Below the pieces are notes generated by a model that was not told the origin of the DNA, searched no databases, and worked only from the letters and a program-made list of their open reading frames with translations. The translations under genes were made by a program, and so were the position numbers. 64,000 bases of DNA from Mesotaenium endlicherianum. Its lineage: Eukaryota. This document shows, in pieces, positions 36,196 through 48,100 of this stretch; the first letter of the stretch is position 1; every line of letters starts with the position of its first letter. The stretch spans positions 1-64,000 of the forward strand of contig WELA01001079.1 in NCBI GenBank assembly GCA_009602735.1. The letters run 5' to 3'.

Positions 36196-38129
36196 CCTCC
36201 TGGTGCGTCCCTGGTGCGTCAAAGGAACTCAGTTGAGGGCTTAGGCTGGAGTACAATAGAGAGCAGTGGATGAGCTTAGATTCTCTTTACATACCGCCCT
36301 CCTCTGTTGTCGAGGCCGCTATCTGCAGGCCATCTCTTACCTCAGAAGATAGGTTGAAGGTTTGTGGCGTGCATTCTGAAGATAGCTTTAGAACGGAGAG
36401 CAGGAGTCTAAGTCCACAAGCCGGAGGCTGTTGTAGCGGAGGACAGATGCCCCCAGAAAGCAAAATTTTGTATATCGTGAAGGGTATTCAGGATGGAGAA
36501 ACTTCGATTGCAGGTTCTCATGACGTGGATGTCTATTGGTTCTGAGCAACTATGGCGGAAAACGTTCAATTGGAAATAGCACATGGGTGTACAGTCTAAT
36601 TGAAAGCTGGGGTACTGCTTGTAGGAAATGGGTAGTTTTACTTAAGTGGCTCTGCTTTGTTTGAAATAACTCTTTGAAGGTACTCATTTGGATGATTTCT
36701 TTGAGTTATAGCCTCCGAAACAATACATCCTACAACAATGAGGTCCATGATCTGTTGACTTGCTATGGATATTGCTGTGCCTACTGAGGCTACTTTAAAT
36801 GTCGCCTGTGTCCATCGAGTACTCGTAATGTGTCAAAATAGAGGAGGGGAATCATCCGCACGTGACTACTCCACTACGTGGAGAGCGTTGTAAAAGGCAC
36901 TGATGAGCAAATATATATGGCTCGCTTACTTTGTATGCTGTGTCAGTAATTCATAGTGCATGCTCATTTAATTCCCCTGAATTTCACAAATGCACCACAT
37001 CAATGGTGCTGCATTTGGAAATCATAGCGGACTTTAAGAATCACACGACAATCCACAAGCTGAGGCACAGGCCAGTGTGTGCAGCTACGTCTGTAGAGCA
37101 CAAACTTGGGCTTGTTCCAAAAGGTATGCCCTGCAATAAAAGTTGTCCACGTCCATTGCATGGCAGGAATAGAAATGGGTTTCCCGAGCAACCTTGGAAA
37201 ACCTGGTGAGTGATCCACCGAGCAAACCGCACTCGTAGGTTTCCACTTTGTAGTTTTGGGTTATGACCCCTCGAAGTGAAGGTGTTTTATTGCGAAACAA
37301 CTGGGCACGACCAAATCAGAGAGAAAGAGCGAGAAAAATGTATCTCTCGACAGCCTTGCAATGATTTTGGCCCCTCCAAAACGACACACATGCACCACGC
37401 GCGGGCCAAATCACGCGACAATTGATTTTGGCGCTGGGGGTACCAATTCGGTACCGATCGGTCTCACTCGCGACTCTTTTGACAAAGTTAAGAACGCGTT
37501 GCAGCAGCTCACTTATCTTCTTCATAATTCTCTGTACACTCTCTTAGCACTTACAAGTCCTAATTAAAAGTTGTTAAGCACTTAAGGGCAAACACCTCAC
37601 AACAAAAAAAAAGACTTGAGACGAAGTGTGGAGGCATTGACGACTAAATGAAAGTGGCGGATTCACAAGAGTAGAGCCTATAAAAGGTATACTATGGCTC
37701 TTTTTGCTGCACTCTTGCCCCATTAACATTCAGCACTGTTATTCATAATGTTTGTTATTTGCTATAAAAGAATCGCAGATGGGTTTAGGACATGTCCACC
37801 CCGTGAATTTGTGGACAAATTCGTATAGACGTATTTCAAGACGATTTTGTGAGGAGGGTACGAGCGGCCTGGGAAACGCAGGGAAATGTAGGTGTCAACA
37901 TAAGCAACATAAGAAGGGAAGAAAATCATTTTTACTTCACTTTTGCCTTGGGGGCAGGTTGGGACCAAATTGGGGGCAGATTTTAGGGATGGGGGCAGAT
38001 TTTAGGATATTCATTACTTGATTACACAACAAGTTCTTATACTTACCTGAGCAGTAATAGTCCAGTATTAGTACTACGTTACTCATTATTCACCTCTTAA
38101 CTTCTTTTCTTTTGGAGTGGGGCTAGGAC

Positions 38130-39183
38130 TGTCAGAACCAGGCCGGAAACATCGCCCTATGTAACATGGCATCATACCCCAACTACTGTAGCAACTGTGG
38201 TGCAGCATGAGGTGTGGGACTTCTTTACAGTCAGAAGTGGAACAAGTCTTTCACGCGGGCTGTAGAAGTGAACCCTATGGGCTGGCTTGTTAACTATACG
38301 TGTCTATAGGAGGATAGACTCTACTCCTCAAGCAAGTGTCCGCATTAGTGATGTGAATGTGCCTAAGAACTTGTTTGAGACTCTCTTTGCAAATGTAGGC
38401 AAAGAAGTTCCCCATATGTGGCTGCCAAATTGCTTCCAAAATCAAGAGAGGTGGAAACTATTATCCCCCCTTTTTTCATGGAATGGAGGATGAACAAGTC
38501 TGGAGAGAAAACTCTCACTTTAAAGCTTTCATCTTCAATTTTAAACACGGGGGGGCATGTTGTGATGGCCCTTGACCAGTGGTATGATAGACTTGTTTAG
38601 AAGGCACATCATCATATTGACACTAGCACTCATATACGATATAGACTTGCTGATTACCCTCTTAGGATGCAAGCAAATGGGCTTGAAGTGAAGGATGCCA
38701 TGATAGAACCAGCACAACTTTCAAGCGCTATCCTGCAGAAGGAACAAGAGAGAATTAAGAGAGAGAGAGAACTATAAGAGAGCTTGTGAGTTGCAAGAAG
38801 CTGCTGATTTAACAACTCGTGAGTTGAGAATGCAAAGGTTACAAGATATGTGCACACCTGCTAAAAGAAAAGCAAATTCTGATGCTCCTTTTGCACCTCA
38901 ACCTCCTACCACCTCTAAGCTAGCTAAGCAAGCTGCTATACAAGTCACGAGAGAGGCAAGAGCTAAGGTTGCAAATGAAGTGAGGCAAGTGCTTCAACGC
39001 AGAGAAGAGGAAAATTGGTTGATTGCGCAACAAGAGAAGGAGCATGCTCAAGCAATGCAAGTTTTGGTAAGAGAAAGCAAGCACTTGTCATCAAAAGAGC
39101 TTATGAAGAGAGCGCGTGAGGTAGCTGCCAACAGGAGAAAGACTCCAGCAGGTGAGGTGCACATATACATATTATACATTTAA
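38130..39183 (+). pseudogene. Second, convergent gene of the DNA transposon: N-terminal CxxC zinc finger and C-terminal basic coiled coil, function unknown
   Basis: NYCSNCGAA here and FYCQKCNKSF in copy 2; CTPAKRKANSDAPFAPQ...QRREEE...REVAANRRKTP, conserved at 51470-52696. Confidence 0.55.
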
Positions 39184-39217
39184 CATACTGGTTCCTTCCT
39201 ACACTAAGCATGTTTTC

Positions 39218-41540
39218 TAGCTACTCTACTTCTCCACCTTCTTCTTCTATGACCGTTGGATCAGATATCGTTACAACTGATGCCAGCGGTCGTCGCTTGA
39301 ACACCACCTCCTTCCTCTTTTGTCATTCTTTTCTACTCAATGGTGGCTCTATGATGGTAGATAGAGCTCTCTTCCCATTCTCTTAATGTGTTGCCTGGCC
39401 TATTCTCCCTTTACTGTACACTCGTCCTGTAGCATCCACCATCACCTTCTTGTTGTTAATCTTGGCTAATTTCCTCCATTGATGCAATGCCTCTATACCT
39501 TGTCCACTAAATTGATCTTGGTCCCCATGTATCCTGATCATATTTCCTATATGGCACTTCAATATGTGTATGTACTCAGTAATGTGGTCTGCTGCGCAAG
39601 CTACTACAAACTTGTCCTCAAAGTCTTCAGCAAGGGCCTCCACAAGAGAAGCTTTAGCTTCTCTCTCGTCGCCCGTGTCTAGTGCCGATATTGGCTCCAT
39701 AAGGGCAGCCAAGCACACTCCATAAGCACCTCATGCTTCTAACACGGCTTGTAGCTGTTCTGCATCATCAGGCTGGTTACAGAAGACACACTCTGCCAGC
39801 TCTAGAAAGTACTCGAGGAGGCGATGGCTGTCCCCTCTAATGAAGCTTCGCATGGCTGTCCTATTTCTCTTCTCTCCTTTCTTCAAGGCCTTCACAGCCT
39901 CCTTAGGTGTTGATGCCTTCACCTTCTCTTTGAAGAGCTTGTAGAATTCATCCTATTTGGCTTGCCTCGGTGGTAAGAATGCATGCAAAGTTCTCTCATA
40001 AAGTGTAGTTGAGATTCTTAAGTTCAAGTGCAGTACGCATACAACACAGTCATTAGGAGATATGTTAAACAATGGTGGCTTCTTGTGTCTCTGTCCTTGG
40101 TGCTGGAGCAAGTATTCCAATCTTGCCTTAGTGCTCTCCTTCTCTGGCTTGCCTCGTGTCGTCTTCATGATGTCCTTGTCCAGGTCTGACATACTCTCAG
40201 AATGTTTTGAGCAGTGTGGACACGTCATCGACTAACTTGCCCAAGTCAGGAGCGTGAGCTGCAGCCTTCATCCCCTCCAAGTTGCAAAGGGCACCGCGGT
40301 GACACCTGTCGTGGATGTCCTTCGACGTGCAAAGGCACCATAAGCACGGGTACGTTGAGCTTGCTCCAGTCAGCCCAAACAAGCTGTTACTAAATTCATA
40401 ATCGCCACCCTGATAGAACTTGACTCTGAAGAGGTCCTCTCGTAAATGCAGGCGTGCTGTAGTAACAGTGCCTATTTGCTCCAGCAGCCTTGAAGACACT
40501 CCCTGTATGCTATTGTAGTCATCCTGACCTTCAAAGCATACGAGGGTGCAGGTATTAGCTGCTGATTTTCTCCTTTGTTCTCATTTTGACAGCTATTGTA
40601 ATCTGGTCTACTTCCCGGTGTAGTGCTGCTGCGTCTCCTACAAGCTGGCATCTGCACCCTTACTACTCTTCCTGGTTGGAGCTGCCATTGTACTATGTGT
40701 AGTCAAAAAGTTTCTGACAATGACAAGGTCACTGCCAGCCCATCTGTACTCTCTTGAGGTCCCACACTTCGCTGCCAAGTTCTTTACTTTCCTCCTAGAA
40801 GGCAGCTAGGGAAGGGGAATCTTGGTGTTCTTGATGTACTTGAGCTCCCATAGTCCTGTTGCTTGGAGTATGTCTTTGACATGATGTTGAAAAGCATTTG
40901 GGATTGCTCCTCAAGAAGCTTCAACTTTATTTCATAGCCAGGCCTATCCGTCATTCCACTGCTCCTGTATTTGCTTCGCTATGGCCTCCTCTATAACTGG
41001 CAAATCGGTTGTAATAGCTACCAGCATGAGTTGTTCTCTGGCTTGTTCAAGGCTTTCAATAACTTGCTCATGTTTGTCTCACATCCAAACTCGCCCCCCA
41101 TAATAGCTTCAGGTCATTGCTCATTCTTTGCCATGTTTTTGCAGATTCTCCACCTACTCTACGACGCTTTGCTAGAGGAGTTTGAGAGGCTGCCATTCAC
41201 ACCTTTTGCTTTAGGTACCTTATCTCTCTTCTAGCTCCTCTCAAGTCTTTCTTCATGCCCATGAAGTGCCGAGCAACCTATACCTCCCTATCGGTTGTTT
41301 TCGTGTTCACGCTTCTGTTTTCTTTTGTATACATTAGCATTTGAAACCTGTATCTCTTTACTTTGCTCTCTAGCCTCTTTGAAGTATCTACAAGTGCTTT
41401 CTCAACACTTCTTTTCTTCCTCTACAAGAATCTGCCACCTGTTCCTCTAGGCATGTTTGTGGTTGTCTGCAGTCTTGGTCATATCACTTTATTGGGTTGA
41501 CCTTGATTCTTTTTGGCTCTTGGGATGGGATGGGTTCATG
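39218..41540 (-). pseudogene. RAG1/Transib/Chapaev-like DDE transposase, copy 1
   Basis: LVGDAAAL (D1, ~40630); FYQGGDYEFSNSLFGLTGASSTYPCLWCLC (D2 plus CxxC); PLFNI...CVLHLNLRI; ITEYIHILKCH (HxxxxH); QFSGQGIEALHQ (E). Confidence 0.8.
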
Positions 41541-42340
41541 ATGGGACACAAACTCAACTAGATCCATGATGAAAAATACCTTCTGTATAAATGTATAGGC
41601 GGATGGGTAGGTAGGTAGGTGGTAAAATGTTAATTCACTAGATTTTGGGCATTTTTTGATTTTTTGATTTTAAATTTAATTGTTTTTTTTAATATGATCC
41701 GAGAAAACCTTTATTTAAGCATGTAAAGATCACTTGTGCCTACACACCAAAAATGTGGCATAGATTGAAATGCACATGTAGCACGACTTATGCGAGTGAG
41801 AAAACTAAAATGGCAATTATTCTACGAGTACTCCTCATTAAACTTCAGAAAACTCTTCAAGTCCGAAAACACCTTCAAATTTCAATCTTGAAACTGTTCT
41901 GCAATCCTCTTAAATAGAAGAATAGTCATGCAAATTTATAGCTTCAAACAATGCCAGGTTGTTAATATATGCCAATGAACACATGCATTAAAAAGAGTCA
42001 CCTTTCAAGAAGTAGACAACTTATCGCCTACTTTTGCATATATTGCTCATGGGCCCTATCTTGGGCTTTGGTGCTTAGAATGGGCTGTAACTTGACTAGT
42101 AGCACTATGGGAGGGTGTGGAATCTAGTACAATCATTTTCACTTGTACTCCAAGTGTTTCTGCATTGTACGGATTGGCATGCTTCACTTGTGCGAGAAAC
42201 TCCATACGTCACATTTTGGAGGCTTACAGCCTGGTGTAGTTTGATGCAAATTGAATTTTTACTCTTTCATGGCTACCTGGTTGGATCCTTAATGCCTCTT
42301 CAAATATTGGGGAGAATTAAGAAAGTGGAATACAACCTAA

Positions 42341-43075
42341 CACTAGGTTTATTGCTTGTGGAACCAGAAATGACGCCACTGGAAGCTGTTTTTGAATGGT
42401 CATACTAAAATCGGTCCTAATGTGGTGCAAGCAAGCCGTACATGTCCACATTCACAGTTACATGAGCTTTCTAGCCATATAGTTATGCCGGTTTTAGCGC
42501 CGGTACTTAAAGGTACTTTTTGTACTTTCACTGAGATTGCACGCGCGCAAGGAAAAAAAATATTTTCTTCCGGCGCAATACCCGGGAAACTACAGCATAT
42601 ATGGGCTTGCTGATTTTTCCTCGCCTATCCTATGATATGCATAGTGCATAGCACTTCATAAATCTGCAATTTATCCATTACACACACACCAGCAACCTCC
42701 CAAACTTTGGTGTCAAAATTGAGACCAGGTCTTTCTTGGGTGACTCCAAAACTTTAGTGACAGTGTTCAACCAGATAAACATTTTTTAACATTGCTTCAA
42801 AAATACTTCATGCATTTCGTTGATACCTTTTTAAATGTGTTGACTTCTTACTTAACAAGCATGTTGCACCAATAACGCTTCAAAAATCTACGATTGGAAC
42901 AATAGGGCATTTGATGTGCAAGCCCCAAGAGTCGAGGCATTGCAAGACAAAGTTTATGCATCCTTTTCACAATAAAGTATTGAGTGTTTGTATAGAAACA
43001 TGCTACAGAAAATAGGCTGATAGTGGTGTTGTTTATGGTTCTAGAACCACATTTGGCACCATCGTCTACCTAGTG
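42341..43075. mobile_element. Non-autonomous piggyBac-like TIR element (735 bp) inside transposon copy 1
   Basis: TIR cactaggt...acctagtg; flanked by ctaa and ttaa; absent from the aligned site in copy 2 (~55857, tgcaaattatggcc). Confidence 0.65.
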
Positions 43076-45118
43076 TTAAGGCCATCGGTATGGAGTGTGA
43101 GTATGAAATATTTCTGAAATTATCTCTTTCTTTTGCAGATATCAGTTTGTGTGCATATCTTGAGTCTCATTACATGGATTGACCCGGATCTTCACCAAGA
43201 GCAATATGAGAGCATGAAAAAATCACTGAATCAATTTGCAGATCCGTACTACAAATATATCGCATTTTACGGACTGCCACTCTTCACATGTGTGAAATGC
43301 GCCACATGGCACACTTTGGAGGCCCATAACTTGAAGGGATTTTACGAATTTTTTTAATTTTTTTTTCTTGGCCTATAAGGGTTCTTAGTAGCCTCTAAAA
43401 AATGGAAGTGTTTGGACAACTGATGGTCATTTGTGTAAGGCAGCAAGAATAAGACAAAGTGAGTGTTTCCAGTTTTGTCGACAAATGCTTCACTTTCACT
43501 GAAAGTGCAATGACTTATGGAGAATATGTCAGCTGTGTTTGAAACTAAAGGGAGGTTTGCTAATATGAGTTTTTTATCACATTCTCAAAGTTTAGACCAT
43601 TCCGACAAAACCGTCGCAAAAAAGTACTTAAGTGTCAAAAAAATGGGCATTTGGGCTGCATGTTAAATCTGGTCCCCCAAGGAAGTTCAAGAACTCTATG
43701 ATCGTTGGGAAGTGGACGTTACGTTAGCTTGGAAAATGAATGTGAAGGACATTAGATGTTTGTAAGATGTAACTGTAATGGTCCAGTTTTGCACTGCTAT
43801 ACTCATCTTAGTGGGCATGATGATGAATACGATGCACGTATTAGATGGAAACCTCTGCGCACTCATGAAGCTCTTGGTGTTACGATGACAACGGGGAAGT
43901 AATTGAGTGAGGAGTGAATTTGAACACTAAGAACAAGGTCCACAAAGTTGTAAGTGGCCAGAGTGCTGTGGGGCTTCGTAAGGCGGAGCTTGCCTAAGTC
44001 ATACATGCACTACAAAGGAATAATTTGCAAAGATTGCCGCATTTGTGTCATAATGAACGTGTGCAGGAGCTAGAATGATCATCATTCGTGTCTCTGGATT
44101 GACGACCAAAAGTGAAAAGGTTGGCAGATAGTCTTTCTTTAAGAGATTTTTGCAACTTTGTGTATGAGAAACGTGTTACATCACGTATTTAAGAACACTC
44201 CAAATAGCGGAAGAAGCAACTTTTAGCTGTTGTGATACATTGAAATTCTTCTTATTCATCCCTAACACTTGTATTTTGGAGCAGAGTGATTTCCCAACCG
44301 GTCACAAACTTATGAGCTTAACTTTTGCAGGTTCTAATAAATTCATTGAGCTTACCAAGTTTGATAAGAACCTTGGAGACGGAAATATACATGTATCTCT
44401 GATTCATTATTTACTTGTCACTTCAATTATTATTTTTCAATGAAGTGATATAGGACTGTTATGTGTATTGAGTGTGCCGATCCTAAGAATACATGTCTAT
44501 AAATTAGGCACATAGTGCCACACTTTCAGTTCGCTGAAAGCACAATGACAAGATTCAAGAAAATGCTTATTACATGTGAGTGATGAGCCAGGCTTTACGT
44601 TGGTCAAATGTAAAATGCACTTCATTTAGTACAAACATTTGCGTGCATTTTAGGCTTCCACGTGGTGCCCCAACTCTCATGTACAGATACAAAAGTAGAG
44701 TTTCTCATGACACTTTACCCTGGCACGCTGTAGTGAAACAGATAGATAAAGTACTTGTAAAAGGGAACACTTTATCTCTTCAAAATGCAAGGATCCTAGG
44801 ATACAAGTGGTAGCTTCTTGAAAGAGATGGTTTCTTGAAATTGAGTATATTTTTGGTACTTGGCAAGTACCACAGTGATTACAGAATATCTCCTTATGTT
44901 CTAGTTCTTGTTTTCATACTTGCTACATAAGTAATTTCTGCGAAGGTGCATATTGATGTGTTGGCACCCAACACATTCCAGAACTTGCCACCTCTTTCTA
45001 GAATAATGCACGCAATTGACTTTAACCCAAAAATGGCATTTTTGACTTTCGCCACATAGAGTTGTTCAATAGGTCCTTCTTCATATTTCAAAAATGCGTT
45101 TACATGCACCACGCGCGG

Positions 45119-48100
45119 TGTAAGGTCATAGGTTTATAAAGTGCATTTTTGAGTATCATGAAAGTATGTTTTGGTTGTATAATAGTATAGTGTGCATTTT
45201 TGTGGTCATTTTGATATAAAGTTCATCGAATTTGGTCAAGTATTGAGAGACTTACGGATTTCCAAAGTTTAATTTGTTTTGAGGTCCGTTGACGACTGTC
45301 CTTAATTTGCGGTGAGCGCGACTGTCGGATTGACCGACAGAGTCGAGCGATCTGGCCTGTTAGAATGAACTCGAACCTTCACGTAAGTTCGGCTGACGCG
45401 GAGTGCCGACTAGGTCGATTTACCTAGAAGTTTCGGTTTAGCCTAGCGCGTCTAAGATAGAATATTCTAGTAACGTCGATGCATGTATGTGGACGTCAAT
45501 TCGGCCGGACACGTCAGATTAGACTGATTTGGCTTACTCACGAATATTCTGGAACGGACAATTGACGAACACTTTAAGAGAATCCGTAGCTTCCTCCTAG
45601 AGAGGAGCATTTAGGCAGAAAATTATAAATAGGCATTACTTCTTTGTTTCTTATCAGTTTTCACTTCTGTAAATTTCTATGGGTTTGTAATGACAAGGCC
45701 TTTCATTCTAGTTCATTTAAGAGCAGCTTCTTGCTACTCAAAATGTTGAGTATTTTTCCTGAGCTTTGTTAGTGATATGCCGCTGCACTCTCTAGTATGA
45801 TTGCAACTAGTTCTTTTCCTCGTAAGTTACTACGCTTTCACTGGGGCACTCTGCCCCTTCAATCTGGTATCGGAGCAAGGTTAGTTTGCCCATAATATTA
45901 TGGAGTCGCAGTCGGCAGCTGGAGGAGGCGAACATGTCGAGCATTTTGAGCGCGTGGAGCAGACGACACGACCTTTGGCAAGGGAGCAACAAGAGATGCA
46001 GGCGATGTTGAGGCAGATGGCAGACGCAATTGGAGGAAAATTTTACACGTTGCTTCAACAATATATGCGCCAGGAGGTGGAGAGAATGGTGCGAAATGTT
46101 AAGGGGAACGCCGCTTCGACGAGTTCGGCACCTGCACCTGTTGTACCACCAATTCATGTTAATCCAGTGGTGCAACCAGTTATTCCACCCACATCAGGAG
46201 TACGTACGCCTAATCCTGACGTGTACATTGGAGAGCGTGGATCGTCGCCTGTTCATCAATGGAGTTGGGACTTGTCCACTACCAGCGCAGGCAGCAGAAT
46301 TTTAAGCCGAGAGAACCCTGCTATAATTGTGGTAAGCTTAGACATCTGGCTCGAGATTGTGATGTGAAGGCAAAGCAACCTCATCAGCAGGAAAAAGGAG
46401 GACGCCAGTAAGTCGTTCTGGGGTGTCTACCGGCGTGAAGACGAGAAATCACATGGAGGTTATGCCCAGGAGCCTGCCGAGAAGCGAAAGACAAGACGTT
46501 GACAAGCCTATTATCGTGGAAGGAGTAGTTGACGGCAACAAGGCGAAGTGTATGGTCGACAGTGGCGCAAGTGCAAACTTTGTGCACAAGAAGCTGGTGA
46601 AAGAGTGGCGAATCCCTGTGCAAAAGCATTATGAGCCTAAGGAAGCAATTCTGGCGAATGGGCAGAGACTCAAGTGTGGTGCACCTACGGAAGCTATTCA
46701 CGTGGAAGTAGCCGGGCACCAGAGTACTGAAGTTATGGAGCAGGCAGAGTTAGGTCAACATGAGGTCATATTGGGCCGACCATGGCTGAGAAAAGCCGAC
46801 TCTCAAGTGCAGTGGAGCACAAAACAAGTGAAAGTCTAAGGGCGTGATGGTCGAATGGAGACAGCGAAACAGGTGGAGGTAGATACGACCACAAGTAACT
46901 GTCTTCTGTCGAGCCTGCAAGTTAAGAAGCTATGCAGGGCGAATCAGGTGAAAGAGATGTACCTGGTTTTGGTNGGTTTTGCTGGCCCTGGCCAGGTCAT
47001 CAGATGGAGCAAGCGTGAATCCCAACAGCCTGGGCGAATGTACATCGCCAAAGGAGCAAGTAGTGGTGTCTGATCCCCTTGCTCAGAAGAAGCAGAGCCC
47101 AACTGCTCAAGAGAAGAAGCCTGCTGAGATGCCTGCCCAAATTCAGGCGCTGTTGGAGGAGTTCAAGAGCGTATTTCCTGAGAAGCTAACTACAGGATTA
47201 CCTCCACAGAGAGCTATGGAGCACAAGATCGATTTGGAACCAGGGAGCAAGCCACCAGTGAGACCCGCCTATCGTCAATCATTTGCGGAGTTGGACGAGT
47301 TGAAGAACCAGCTGACAGAGTTGTTGGAGAAGAGATTCATCCGACCCAGCGAGTCTCCATTTGCAGCGCCAGTCTTATTTGTGAAGAAGAAGGATGGGAC
47401 AATGAGGATGTGTGTTGACTACCGGGCACTCAACAAAGTCATTATCAAGAACAGGTACCCACTTCCACGAGTGGACGAGTTGATTGACAGGCTTGTCGGG
47501 GCGAAGTATTTCTCGAAGATTGATTTGAGGAGTGGCTATCACCAGGTACGGATTGCAAAAGAAGACGTTCAGAAGACTGCTTTCAGGACTCGCTATGGTT
47601 TGTTCGAGTTCACAGTCATGCCTTGTGGATTGACTAATGCACCTGCTACATTCATGGGACTCATAAATAGTATCTTCAGACCCTACTTGGACCAACTTGT
47701 GGTGGTATTATTGGACGACATCCTGATCTATTCGAAGACCTTGGAAGAGCATGTGGAGCATCTGAGGAAGGTGTTGGAGGTCTTGAGAGATCAGAAGTTG
47801 TATGGGAAGATGAGCAAGTGCGACTTCCGTCTCAATGAAGTCGAATTTCTTCGACATGTAGTGGAAACTGAAGGAGTGAAGGTGGAGGAGAAGAAGGTGC
47901 AAGCAGTCAGAGATTGGCCGGTGCCTGCTGATATTCATCAACTTAGGAGGTTCCTCGGCATGGCAAATTATTCCCGACGTTTCATTGAAGGATTTGCCAA
48001 GGTGTGTGCACCGCTTACGGACATGTTGAAGAAGCAGGAGAAGTGGCTATGGGGTGACAAGGAGCAGCAAGCCTTCGAGAAGATTGAAGAGCTGTTAACA

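Larger units (their letters stand above)
37387..43664 (-). mobile_element. DNA transposon copy 1, RAG1/Transib/Chapaev (CMC-Transib)-like
   Basis: Starts cacatgca, ends tgcatgt(t); collinear with 45101-45118 plus 50754-56488; decayed DDE transposase on the minus strand and a second gene on the plus strand; TSD not evident. Confidence 0.8.

Noticed and set aside
36270..37380. Short ORFs downstream of the maspardin gene, and sequence at 43665-44728
   Set aside because: No recognisable domains or consistent splice structure; left unannotated.
37387..37430. RSS-like heptamer-spacer-nonamer (12/23) architecture at the transposon ends
   Set aside because: Only CACA matches the heptamer, there is no ACAAAAACC-like nonamer, and the ccaaat motif at offset spacing is not conserved in copy 2.
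38130..39183. Possible RAG2 homolog because it converges on a RAG1-like gene
   Set aside because: No kelch repeats or C-terminal PHD are recognisable; only the orientation is shared.
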